From Octopus vulgaris (lineage: Eukaryota), in assembly GCA_951406725.2 (NCBI GenBank), contig OX597815.1, forward strand, positions 208,506,001 to 208,570,000: a DNA stretch of 64,000 bases, read 5' to 3'. Both the position numbers and the translations under genes were made by a program. Below the pieces are notes generated by a model. The model was not told the origin of the DNA and searched no databases. It worked only from the letters and a program-made list of their open reading frames with translations. Numbering within the stretch: the first letter of the stretch is position 1; each line of letters starts with the position of its first letter. This document shows, one piece after another, positions 13,246 through 25,069 of this stretch.

Positions 13246-13645
13246 TACTCTTTTACTTGTTTCAGTCATTTGACTGTGGTCATGCTGGAGCACTGCCTTT
13301 AGTCGAGCAAATCGACCCCAGGACTTATTCTTTGTAAGTCTAGTACTTATTCTTTCAGTTTCTTTTGCCGAACCGCTAAGTTACGGGGATGTAAACACAC
13401 CAGCATCAGTTGTCAAGCGATGTTGGGGGGACAAATACAGACACAAACATATACACGCACACATACATATATATATATGCAACGGGCTTCTTTCAGTTTC
13501 CGTCTACCAAATTCACTCACAAGGCTTTGGTCGGCCCGAGGCTATAGTAGAAGACACTTGCCCAAGGTGCCATGCAGTGGGACTGAACCCGGAACCATGT
13601 GGTTAGTAAACAAGCTACTTACCACACAGCCACTCCTGCGCCTAT
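13246..13645 (-). mobile_element. SINE family A flanked by a ~135-bp direct duplication
   Basis: Full reverse copy. 13106-13243 is repeated at 13645-13779. An internally deleted + copy lies at 12900-13107. Confidence 0.9.
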
Positions 13646-14569
13646 AGTGTGCACTCATAATTTTTAGATTTAGTAAAACCTAATGCACGTTATATCTGAA
13701 TACTGTGTATTTGAATTGTATTCATGCTCCTTTTCACACTGACATGGGAGAACTACAGGAAACTTGCTTGATTGTTGACATTGCTAATTTTATCACAGAA
13801 AATTCATCATTTTTTTATTTTACATTTACAAAATATAAAAAAAAAAAACTAAATGTGATTCTTTAAGGCTTACCAAAATTAATATCTAAACATGATTTCT
13901 TGGTGTTTAACCCTTTAGTGTTTGCATTATTCTACCAAAATTAATGCTTTTCCATCCACTTTGTTTTGAACTAATCATGCATTATCTTGTAGCTTTGAGA
14001 TTTTGATGAGGTAGCTGTTAATTTTTAAAACGATATTGTAGGGTTGGTGTGAGAGACCAGATCTGGCCAGTTTGAACATAAAACAGGCAGAATACTTTTG
14101 GCCGGATATGGCCAGTTTAAATGCTGAAGGGTTAAGTTAAAGCTGTTAAGTGAAACCTTTTTAATTATTTGCAAAACATAGGAAAAAACATGTATTTTAT
14201 TAGGTTTTTTTTTTCATATTTAAAGCATTCTTAAAAAAGGAAAATGAAGAAAACAACATATCACAACATTAAATTTTGTTAACAAAAATTGAAATTTCAC
14301 ATATGATGTTTAAAAAAAAATATTATATATACATTAATGTGTCCTTTTCTCTTTTATATACTCAATATTGATTCATTTTCAAAATGGCTTTTTATTTTTC
14401 CCATTGTGAAATGTGTCACATGTGAAAATGTGAAATATGCGAATAATATTTTATGTCTTTTCTTTTTTTGTCATTCTGCACTTTTATGATGGGAAATTAT
14501 GAATGAATTAACTGCCATGATTTTCAAAGTAAAAATTAGATAAACAAAACTGATACAGAAAAGCTGTTG

Positions 14570-14612
<43 letters not shown>

Positions 14613-17161
14613 ACATATGTGATCAGATACAAAAAAAAAACACTTGTATTCTCTCCTGAGTTTTAACCCCCCAAAATCTTTGAAAGGGGAAACGAGATAT
14701 GTTTACTGATATAGAATGTAAACATTGATTCTATCTTGAATATTACACATGAATATCTCAATATATGTTTTATCTGTCTCACTAAATTTGAAGTATTTTT
14801 CTTATTTGTTACGTCATTTTCTGTATTTGTATGAATAAGCAAACTTTTTTTTTTTCATATCATTTGCCATTAAATGCCTTAAGTATTTAAACTGGCCATA
14901 TCCTGTTTTATGTTCAAACCAGCCAGATCTGGTCTCAAACACCAATCCGACCATGCCATTCTAAAAATTAAGTTACATTGCCACACTCTCAAAGCTACAA
15001 GAACATCATCATCATTGTTTAACGTCCTTTTTCCGTGCCAGCATGGGTTGGACGGTTTGACCGGAGTCTGGGAAGTCAGGGGCTGCACCAGGCTCCAGTC
15101 TGATCTGGCAATGTTTCTACAGCTGGATACCCTTCCTAACGCCAACCACTCCGTGAGTGTAGTGGTGCTTTTTACATGCCACTGGCACAGGTGCCAGGTG
15201 AGGCTGGCAGTGGCCACAATCGATTGGGGTTTTTTACATGCCACTGGCACAGGTGCCAGGGGAGGCTGGCAGCAGCCACGATCAATTGGTGCTTTTTACG
15301 TGCCACCGGCACAAAAACCAGTCAGCCATCATCATTTAATATTCATTTTCCATGCTGGCATGGGTTGGATGGCTTGATAGCAGCTGGCAAGGCCAGGAGC
15401 CCACAATGAGTGATGTTATCAACTTAATCTTTCCCCCAAATTTGCTACCCTGTGCCAAAATTCGAAGCCAATATTTGAACACAATAAATTTTAACCTTCA
15501 CAACAACTTAACTCCTTTCTTCTGAGAAAAGCATACAGTATGAAGTACTTGTCAAGAATATTTGTGTTGCTAAAAAGGAGAGATGGTTAGCACTCCCCTT
15601 GACATGGATGGAAGACATCATCTGATCTTTCTAACACATATGGGCATTGCTTTTTACTGCAGAGCAACTTATTTCTTTAGGTGTAGGCGTGGCTGTGTGG
15701 TAAGAAGCTTGCTTCTTGCGCATGCATTGGTCAGTGTTTTCTTTGCACTGCTATGAGTCACGACATCAACGTTGTGAATTATTGAACAAGTGAAACACAA
15801 CTACAAAGTAAGACATTTGTGTTTTTTTTGTTGATTCAGTGGGGGTTTGTTGCTTGTATTTAATTATTTTGTCGAACAAGAAGCCTCCACTGGGTTCTGT
15901 ACATTTGTCTGCCTGTAGTTGTGTTCAGAAGTCTCACTTAGTGGTAAGAAGTGTGTTTTGGGGGCGTATCCCTCTTATTATAATTGTGCTTACTTTTTAC
16001 CATTTTGGGGGGAAAAGTATCAAGCTGTGCTTCGAATCCAAAGTTGTGAGAGAAGGAGAAGAGGTTTATTAGATTTCATATTAAGCACATTAGCAGAAAA
16101 GTGGATCGAATGGTTACATGTAATCCATGAAATCCTGTGGCTACAAAAAAATGTTGATCCATAAATGCTGTCTGAGATGGAGAATGATGCTTCTATATAG
16201 TCTATTATTTGAATATATCAGATAGAATGCTTTGTGGTATTTGTTCATGTTTGCTGCCTTCTGAGTTCAAATCCCATTTAAGTCAACTTTACCTGCCATC
16301 CTTTTGGGTTAAGAGAACCATCCGTACGTGGCTGTAGCCAGCACCGCATCGTCTGACCTCCGTGCTGGTGGCACGTAACAAACACCATCCGATCGTGGCC
16401 GTTGCCAGCCTCGCCTGGCCTCCGTGCCGGTGGCACGTAAAAAACACCATCCGAGCGTGGCCGTTCGCCAGCCTTGTCTGGCACCTGTGTCGGTGGCACA
16501 TAAAAAGCACCCACTACACTCACGGACTGGTTGGCGTTAGGAAGGTCATCCAGCTGTAGAAACACCACCAGATCTGACTGGGCCTGGTGCAGCCTTCGGG
16601 CTTCCCAGACCCCAGTTGAACCGTCCAACCCATGCTAGCATGGAAAGCGGACGTTAAACGATGATGATGATGATTACCAGTCTGATATGATGGACTGATG
16701 GAATGTTAGAGCAGCAAACATGAGGCTTTGTGGCATCTATTTTGGTTTTGTGCATTCTGAGTTTAAGTCCTGTATTCTGCCACCAGTTGGGTGTGCTGGT
16801 TTTTTTGACACCTGGCATAAATGGTGATTAGCCTGGGAAGTCCAAAAGTAAGTACCCAAGTATTTTGGCTGATTATTCTCTATGCCAGCATACCAGCTTG
16901 TAAGAAAAAAAAATCTTTAGCTCATAATCCTGCATTATCTTGTAGCGTTGGGATTTTGGTGATGTGATTATTTATGTTCAAAATGACATTGTAGGGTCGG
17001 TGTGAGATGACAGATCTGGCTAGTAGAATATTTTAGCTGGATATGGTTGGTTTAAATGCTAAAGGGTTGAAGTCCTGTACACTCAATAAATGAGCAAACA
17101 TTAGATTAACCCCTTCAGCAATCAGATTACTGTATCAAATGTAATCCTTATTTATTAACAA

Positions 17162-17540
17162 TAGGTGTAGGAGTGGCTGTGTGGTGAGTATAGGTGTAGG
17201 AGTAGCTTGCTTACCAACCACATGGTTCTGGGTTCAGTCCCACTGTGTGGCACCTTTGGCAAGTGTCTTCTACTATAGCTGACCAAAGCCTTGTGAGTGG
17301 ATTTGGTAGACGGAAACTGAAAGAAGCCCGTTGTATATATGTGTGTCTGTGTTTGTTCCTCCAACATCACTTGACAACCAATGGTGGTGTGTTTACGTCC
17401 CCGTAACTTAGCGGTTCAGCAAAAGAGACCGATAGAATAAGTACTAGGCTTCCAAGGAATAAGTCCTGGAGTTGATTTGCTCGACTAAAGGCGGTGCTCC
17501 AGCATGGCCGCTGTCGAATGACTGAAACAAGTAAAAGAGA
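17162..17540 (+). mobile_element. SINE family A inserted into an M1 MITE fragment
   Basis: Family A head (partly duplicated) and tail; MITE sequence on both sides. Confidence 0.85.
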
Positions 17541-17589
17541 ATTGTTGAGAATTAATCTTGCATTATCTTGTATTGTATTATTCATACAA

Positions 17590-17890
17590 ACATAACTGAG
17601 ATGAAATATGTCGTAAATAACAGTGACAAACGAAATATGCACCACCGGGAGTTTGTTGTTGACGGGCAGCGGCAGTAGTTTTATTCAGCTGAATACACGT
17701 CATTGATTGGTTGAAGTTGCCAAAGTGCGACAGCTTCGACACGAAATAGCTTCGTAGGTGTAAACGTTTATCAGGGGCGCTAAGGGTGAGAGATGTTTTG
17801 TATGACGCATTCTGCCAGTGTCCGAGGTCTGGAGGCGTTTAGCTGCAAGAAGTTGTTTTCTAGGTCTGTCGGTCAAAAGGTAAAGATCCC
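17590..17890. mobile_element. MITE-like repeat half, unusually G-rich
   Basis: Ends GGTCAAAAGGTAAAGATCCC, resembling the terminus of an AT-rich octopus repeat as I recall it. This copy is conspicuously G-enriched. Confidence 0.5.
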
Positions 17891-17891
17891 T

Positions 17892-18231
17892 TGTGTGTTT
17901 AGCATATGTAAGTTGTCGAATGAAACTTGGTCAGACCATGGTCAATTCTCTGGTGCCTACGCGCTAGAAGTTGCAAGACAAACATTCATAATAAGACTCA
18001 AGACCCTGGAGAATGATTTTGATTTGAACTGATGTTGAGGTGGTGGTGGTGGTGATGGTGATACAAAATGTGATGGGGGAGAAAAAGAAAAGGAAAAAAA
18101 AGTAAACATTTCAAAACTTCATGTCATACATATTAACTCCTTTATTGAGTCTTGTGCAAACTCTATAATATACATACACACACAAACACATATGGTCTTG
18201 TTCACACTCATACACACACACGCATACACAT

Positions 18232-18240
<9 letters not shown>
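17892..18240 (+). repeat. ~340-bp dispersed duplication, copy 1
   Basis: Near-identical to 44776-45115. Confidence 0.95.
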
Positions 18241-18267
<27 letters not shown>

Positions 18268-18519
18268 GCATATATATATATATTTGCATATATATGTGTA
18301 TATATATGTATGTGTGTGTGTATATATACATATATATGTATGTGTGTGTATATATATATATGTATATATGTCTGTATCTCTCTCTCTCTTTCTATATATA
18401 TATATATATATATATTTGCATATATATGTGTATATATATGTATATATGTCTGTATATCTCTCTCTCTCTCTCTCTCTCTCTTTCTATATATATGTGTGTG
18501 TGTGTGTATATGTATAGTT

Positions 18520-19738
18520 TTTGTATGTGGCAGATGCTCTGGAGCAATAAACATTGAAAATATGCAGAGACCAACTTCCGCCACATTCCAGGTAGAAAAA
18601 CTAGAAATAGTTGATAGCTTCCGTTACCTAAGTGACCAGCTCTGTAGCAGGGAAGGGTGCTCTGAAATTGTAGCTGCTAGAATAAGAATAGCCTGGGCAA
18701 AGTTCAGCGAGCTCTTACCTCTGTTGGTGACAAAGGGCTTCTCGCTCAGAGTAAAAGGCAGACTGTATGACGCATGTGTACAAACAGCCATGCTACATGG
18801 CAGTGAAACATGGGCCATGACTGCTGAGGACATACGTAAGCTCACAAGGAGTGAAGCCAGTATACTCCGATGGATGTGTAATGTCAGTGTACTTGACAGA
18901 GTGTAAGTATCTTGAGAGAATAGTTGGACCTAAGAAGCATCAGATGTGGTGTGCAAGAGAGACAACTGTGCTGGTATGGGTATATGGTGGGAATGTATGA
19001 GGATAGCTGTGTGAAAAAGTGCCACATCCTAGTGGTTGAGGGAAACTGGAAGAGGTAGACTCAGGAAAATCTGGGATGAAGTGGTGAAGCATGACCTTCG
19101 ACCATTGGGCCTTACTGAGGCAATGACTAGTGTCCGAGACTTTTGGAAATATGCTGTGCTTGAGAAGACCCTGCAAGCCAAGTGAGGCCATAACCTCGTA
19201 GGCCTATGCCAGGGGTGTAACCAGCCCACTTATGCGCACTTTTCCTTCATTGGACACTAACCTCTGCTTGTGAAGACCTGTTGAGGCAAGTGAAATTGAA
19301 ATCGAAATCAAATTTGATGACTGGCATCCTTGCTAGTGGAGCGCTAAGAGCACCATCCGAGCGTGATCGTTGCCAGAGCAGCTAACTGGCTTCTGTGCTG
19401 GTGGCTTGTAAAAAGCACCATTCGAGCGTGATCGTTACCAGCGTCGCCTTACTGGCACGTGAAAAAATATTTGAGTGAGGTCATTGCCAGTGCCGCTGGA
19501 CTGGCTCCTGTGTAGGTGACACGTAAAAAACACCATTTGAGCGTGGCTGTGGCCAGTACCACCTGACTGGCCCTTGTGCACCTACTACACTCCCGGAGTG
19601 GTTGGCGTTAGGAAGGGCATCCAGCTGTAGAAACTCTGCCAGATCAAGATTGGAGCCTGGTGCAGCCAACTGGTTCGTCAGTCCTCAGTCAAATTGTCCA
19701 ACCCATGCTAGCATGGAAAGCAGACATTAGATGATGAT
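18520..19738 (+). mobile_element. 5'-truncated RTE-clade LINE (RT C-terminus plus 3' UTR)
   Basis: EKLEIVDSFRYLSDQL...AARIRIAWAKFSELLPLL...KGRLYDACVQTAMLHGSETW...LRWMC, followed by a frameshifted continuation and the family B 3' end with GAT tail. Confidence 0.9.
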
Positions 19739-19757
19739 TATATATATATATAATATA

Positions 19758-19797
<40 letters not shown>

Positions 19798-19827
19798 CAA
19801 GAAAAAAACAACAAAAATGGATCAATA

Positions 19828-19917
19828 TTTCGGTACAATTGTTTCGTACGAAGACCAGCTTTATTAAGGATGCAAATATTGCAGTAAATATAAGTGACCT
19901 GTACTCATCAGCTGAAA
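19828..19917 (-). ncRNA. Penelope-type minimal hammerhead ribozyme motif (antisense to host)
   Basis: Minus strand: TTTCAG-CTGATGA-GTAC...GTAC-GAAA-CAATTG-TA-CCGAAA. Canonical core, palindromic stem III, stem I with one mismatch. Confidence 0.65.
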
Positions 19918-20226
19918 AAACATCTGAGTCCTCCAAACATCTAAGGGGGTGATGTTACACTCCTGAAACATCAGGGATAGTTCTATAAAAATAAGATTTA
20001 GGTAACAAACGGACTTCTAAAAGTTCTTCATATAACAGGTTTTAAAAAACCTCTTAGTTTCCCAGAAAATGAAAATGTAAATCCTTCCATATTGAAGTAA
20101 GTTTGATTTCTGGAGATATGAGAAGAGATCTCATACTCACAGAAGATGCATTTATCCATAATTAGTCCATAATAAAGTGTGTTTCCTGATGTGTGATGAT
20201 ATACTCATGTGTGATGAGTATATCAT

Positions 20227-20296
<70 letters not shown>

Positions 20297-20856
20297 ATAA
20301 ACCCTCACCATATCACGGTTCACCTATCGCAGTTCATTATTTAAGCTTACATCCCTCTACAGTGTTGTCTTGCATTTTTAATAGGATATATACAAATTAT
20401 AAAAATAGTAAAAAAAAATATACAGTAGAGTTACTGTTTCTACTTTGTGAATTTTTACCCATTGTGGGGGGTTTTGGAATGTAACGCCTGCAATAGTCAA
20501 GGGATTACTGTATGTATATGTGCTTGTGTATATGTTTACGTATAAATGATATGATGAGATCAGATATCCAGATGCTGGGCTTGACAGATGAGCTGACAAA
20601 AAAGACCAAAATGGATAGCAAAACTGTTGTACAGTAAATCTATTGAATCTGTGTCATGATGGGAAAACAGATTTTGAAGTGATAATGAGAAAGAAAGAAT
20701 CTGTGTAGTGAGTGTTTGAGAAACTGGATGTTGCTGCATGTAACCCCAGTGACCTCTTATTGAGCAACCCATGATGAGAAGGGAGCTGACCAAGCAAAGG
20801 ACTTGAAATCAAGTTGCCTACCTTAGGAAGGGATGGATGTTTGTTGCTTCTTGAGC

Positions 20857-21638
20857 CATGCCTGGTTCATAAGGGCCGGTTTCCTGGTTTCCTTTGCGTA
20901 TAGGTTTCCCCACCTGGATGGGACGCCGGTCCGTTGCAGGTGAGCTGCTAGGTGCAGGAGGAAAGAGTGAGAGAAAGTAGTGGCGAAAGAGTCAGCAGAA
21001 GTTCGCCATTACCTTCTGTCGGAGCCGCGTGGAGCTTAGGTGTTTTGCTCATAAACATACACATCGCCCGGTCTGAGATTCAAACCCATGATCCCTTGAC
21101 TGTGAGTCCACTGCTCTAACCACTAGGCCATGTGCCTCCACAAAATAAATGCGCCCTTTTTAAAGCCTAGCCAGGCTCATAGGCCCGGTTTCCTGGCATA
21201 TGTGTTCCCCAGCTGGACGGGATGCCAGTCCATCGCAGGGTTACTCATTTTTGCCAGCTGAGTGGACTGGAGCAACGTGAAATGAAGTGTCTTGCTCAAG
21301 AACACAACTCGTCGCCCGGTCCAGGAATCGAAACCACTATCTTACAATCATGGTGCTGACACCCTAACCACTAAGCCATGCACCTCCACTGCACCCTTTT
21401 AAAGCCTAGCCAGGCTCATGGGCCCGGTTTCCCAGTTTCTATGGCATATGTGTTCCCCAGCTGGACGGGATGCCAGTCCATCACAGCGTTACTCATTTTT
21501 GCCAGCTGAGTGGACTGGAGCAATGTGAAATGAAGTGTTTTGCTCAAGAACCAAAACGCATCGCCCGGTCCAGGAATCGAAAGCACAATCTTACGATCCT
21601 GATGCTGACACCCTAACCACTAAGCCACGCACCTCCAC
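20857..21638 (-). mobile_element. Cluster of three tRNA-derived SINEs (one family D, two tandem family E-like)
   Basis: Three heads of the type GTGGAGG..(C/A)TGGC(C/T)TAGTGGTTAG on the minus strand. 21150-21390 and 21391-21638 are tandem near-duplicates. Confidence 0.85.
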
Positions 21639-22889
21639 AAGGGATGGATGTAATGTAACTTAACTTCTTGAAGCAAGAAGACCAAAGACTAATACAACTT
21701 TCAAAGTTAATGGCTATATACAGATCACAAGCCTGACTGATTTGCTCGAAATGTCTTCAGTATTTATTTAGAATATATTTGAAAATTCGCAAATAGATTT
21801 TCATATTTTTTCTTTTCATTTTTATTGGCTTATTATTGATTACTATTCTATGATTCAAAGTCATGGATAATTTTGAAGAATGATTTCTTTTGTGGTTGTG
21901 CTGTCGTTAATGACAACAAATATCTTCCTTAAATTTATGGAGGATGATAGTAAAATAATGTTCAACTATAGAAAATTATATTTATTGAACGAAGATTTCT
22001 TTGCATCAGTGCAATAGGCAATGTGTCACTCTTGTAGTCAAATGTAAATAATCACTGAACAATTATGACAAAATTTGACCTCCAAAGGTTCCAGTAGATT
22101 TATATCTTTAGCTGTGTTTTTTCTATATATTTCATCTTAGTATACCTTAAAATTAAAGCTAAATATGTTTCTTTAAAAAAAGAAAAATTTTGTTTAAAGC
22201 AGAAACATTTACATCAAATGTACTGAGAGTTATTTTTTAATGTTTGAAATAACAAATAAAGCTATTTAAACTAGTATAAACTTCTTAATGTTTACAATTG
22301 CTAAATGGAATTTTTTTTTTCTGTGGTAGAGAACTAAATAGAGCTAAAACCATTCAAACAAGGACAATTTTTGAAATGTTTACAATAGATAACACGCAAA
22401 GTGGGATTTTCTTTCAATTGTCTGCTGTTTGCTTTATTAAAAGATAATAATAATCTTTTTTTTTTTAATTTGCTGGTACTTTTTTTTCATCCGAGAACTA
22501 AAGAAAATAAACAAGTTATTTGGAATAAAATTCAAAAAAGTATTTAAACATTAAATTTTTTTTTAATACAGAATAACCAAAAGTAAAAAAAAAAAAAATA
22601 CTCAGTATCTACGAAATACAAAAAAAATTTGTTAACACATTTTAAAATTTCACATGTGACATATAGTTTACATTTGAGAGAATTGGAAACCCATTATGAA
22701 TATGAATCCCACCAATCAATATGAAGCAAATAGAAATTTGTGGTTTTTCATATTCTATGGCATTAGTGAAATTTGGAATTTTTGTTATTTTATACCATTA
22801 ACAGCCATTTCTTCTCAATCTGCTGATGTGTACAGTTGACCGAAATACCGACTGAACAAAACCACAGTTCAGTATTGAATTAAACACAT

Positions 22890-22932
<43 letters not shown>

Positions 22933-23111
22933 TCTACTTTCATGATGGTGGGTACCATGAGGTTGTGATGCAGACTGGTAAACCTCACAACTGTACCTGT
23001 CCCTGTGTGTGTGTGTGTGTATATATATATATGTGTGTGTGTGTATATATATATGTGTGTGTATATATATATATATGTGTGTGTATATATATATATATGT
23101 GTGTATGTATA

Positions 23112-23477
23112 CCACTGTCCGAAGTCAGGATGCCATGATAGATCGTTAGCTCCTACACGCATTTTTTTCTCTCCTTGTTTCTCTCCTTGTTTTTTTCTGT
23201 GTATCATTCTGTCGAAGAGCGTAGGCTCGAAACGTAAAAGACTTGTTCTATTCCTGAGCACTATACTCACCTTCCTTCGTCTTTTGTTTATTTTCGTAAA
23301 CTTTCCCCTGTCTTCCCTTCTTGTGATCTTTCCTTCTCCTATGTTTCCGACGAAGAGCTCCGCTCGAAATGTCAAACCCTCCTTCTTCCCTTCTTTCCTG
23401 AGCGTCCAATAATACTTTATTTGTTCCACGTCCTTGCGTTGTTGTGTTTTTTTGTTTTTGTTTTCTTGTTTGGATTA

Positions 23478-23482
<5 letters not shown>
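23112..23482. mobile_element. Penelope-like terminal repeat fragment within a TA microsatellite
   Basis: GAAGAGCGTAGGCTCGAAAC and GAAGAGCTCCGCTCGAAA hammerhead-like hairpins. Related pieces at 25065-25298, 36467-36625 and 58888-59085. Confidence 0.55.
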
Positions 23483-23513
<31 letters not shown>

Positions 23514-23965
23514 TGTGTGTGTGTGTCTGAGTGTGTATGTACACAAACACATACGTATAGAAAGTAATTTAGAAGTGGGTATAACTTTTCGTTTTTGTTA
23601 ACTGACATTGGTTGTTCAAGTTGCACAACTTTGTGCATTTGTGTGGTGTGCACGTCATCATCAATTAACACTTACTTCTCTCTCTGATGCATATATGTGT
23701 GTGTGTGTGTGTGTGTGAGTGTACTGATGATTAGACCTTAATTATTTCTTCCTATTTAATCACTTGCACACAAATGATGTAAGCTTAAACACAAAAATTT
23801 TAAATAAGCATAATGCAGTTACTGACTGTATTAATGACTCCACTGAAATTAACAGTACGTAAGATCACTGAAGTGTATCAGTTATTTCTTTTCCTCTTTT
23901 TTTTTTTTATCAAATAAAGAATTTGCAAGATGGAGAAGACACACATTATATGATATCAATACTTG

Positions 23966-24582
23966 GGTGGCGAGCTGGCAAAAACGGTAGCACGCCAGGC
24001 GAAATGCGTAGCCGTATTTCGTCTGCCGTTACGTTCTGAGTTCAAATTCCGCCGAGGTCGACTTTGCCTTTCATCCTTTCGAGGTCGATAAATTAAGTAC
24101 CAGTTACGCACTGGGGTCGATGTAATCGACTTAATCCGTTTGTCTGTCCTTGTTTGACCTCTCTGTGTTTAGCCCCTTGTGGGTAGTAAAGAAAGAAATA
24201 CTTGGGTGGCTCTCTCTCTCTCTCTCTTTTACTTGCTTCAGTCATTTGACTGTGGTCATGCTGGAGCACCACCTTTAGTCAACCAAATCGACCCCAGGAC
24301 TTATTCTTTGTAAGCCTAGCACTTATTCTATCGGTCTCTTTTGCCGAACCGCTAAGTTATGGGAACGTAAACACACTACCATTGGTCGTCAAACGATGTT
24401 GGTGGTGGTGGTGGGGGATAAACACAAACACACACATATATATGTTCATATATACGATGGGCTTCTTTCAGTTTCCGTCTACCAAATCTACTCACAAGGC
24501 TTTGGTTAGCCCAAGTTTATAGTAGAAGACACATGCCCAAGGTGCCACGCAGTGGGACTGAACCTAGAACCATGTGGTTGGT
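23966..24582. mobile_element. SINE C (+, 23966-24195) followed by SINE A (-, 24225-24582)
   Basis: Family-diagnostic sequences. AATACTTGGGTGGC flanks SINE C on both sides as a likely target duplication. Confidence 0.85.
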
Positions 24583-24595
24583 AGATACATTGAAC

Positions 24596-25000
24596 AGGGC
24601 ATTTGTTGATTTAGAGAAAGCCTTTGATAGAGTACCTTGATCTGTGATAAGTTGGTCTCTGAGGAAGCTAGGGTTAGATGAATAGCTTGTAAAAAAAAGT
24701 ACAGGCTGTGTACAGGTGTACTATTAGTAAGGTAAGGGTACACTGATGAGTTTAGTTTAGTTTACAGGTAGGTGTTCACCAAGGCTCTGTCCTCAGCCCT
24801 CTCCTATTCGTCATTGTCCTCCAGGCCGTAACAGACAAATTTAAGACTGGAAGCCCATGGGAAATACTATATGCTGATGATCTAGCCCCTGTAGCAGAAT
24901 TTGTAACAGAATTAGAAAAGAAATTCCAGTTGTGGGAGCAGAACCTGTAACCAAAGGGTCTTAAGTTAGCAAAGATCAAGATCCTAGTAAGCAAGAAATC
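24596..25000 (+). mobile_element. Decayed RTE reverse-transcriptase core fragment
   Basis: AFVDLEKAFDRVP...VGVHQGSVLSPLLF...ILYADDLA with stops. The first ~215 bp recur at 28595-28812. Confidence 0.85.
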
Positions 25001-25013
25001 AAACATATATATA

Positions 25014-25069
<56 letters not shown>

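Noticed and set aside
18111-18586. Multiple [12 protein letters not shown] ORFs (also 22.8-23.5k and 44.9-48.3k)
   Set aside because: Translations of TA/TG/CA microsatellites.
23209-23372. GAAGAG...CTCGAAA hairpins as active hammerheads
   Set aside because: They lack the canonical CUGA of the core, so they are recorded only as Penelope-like termini.
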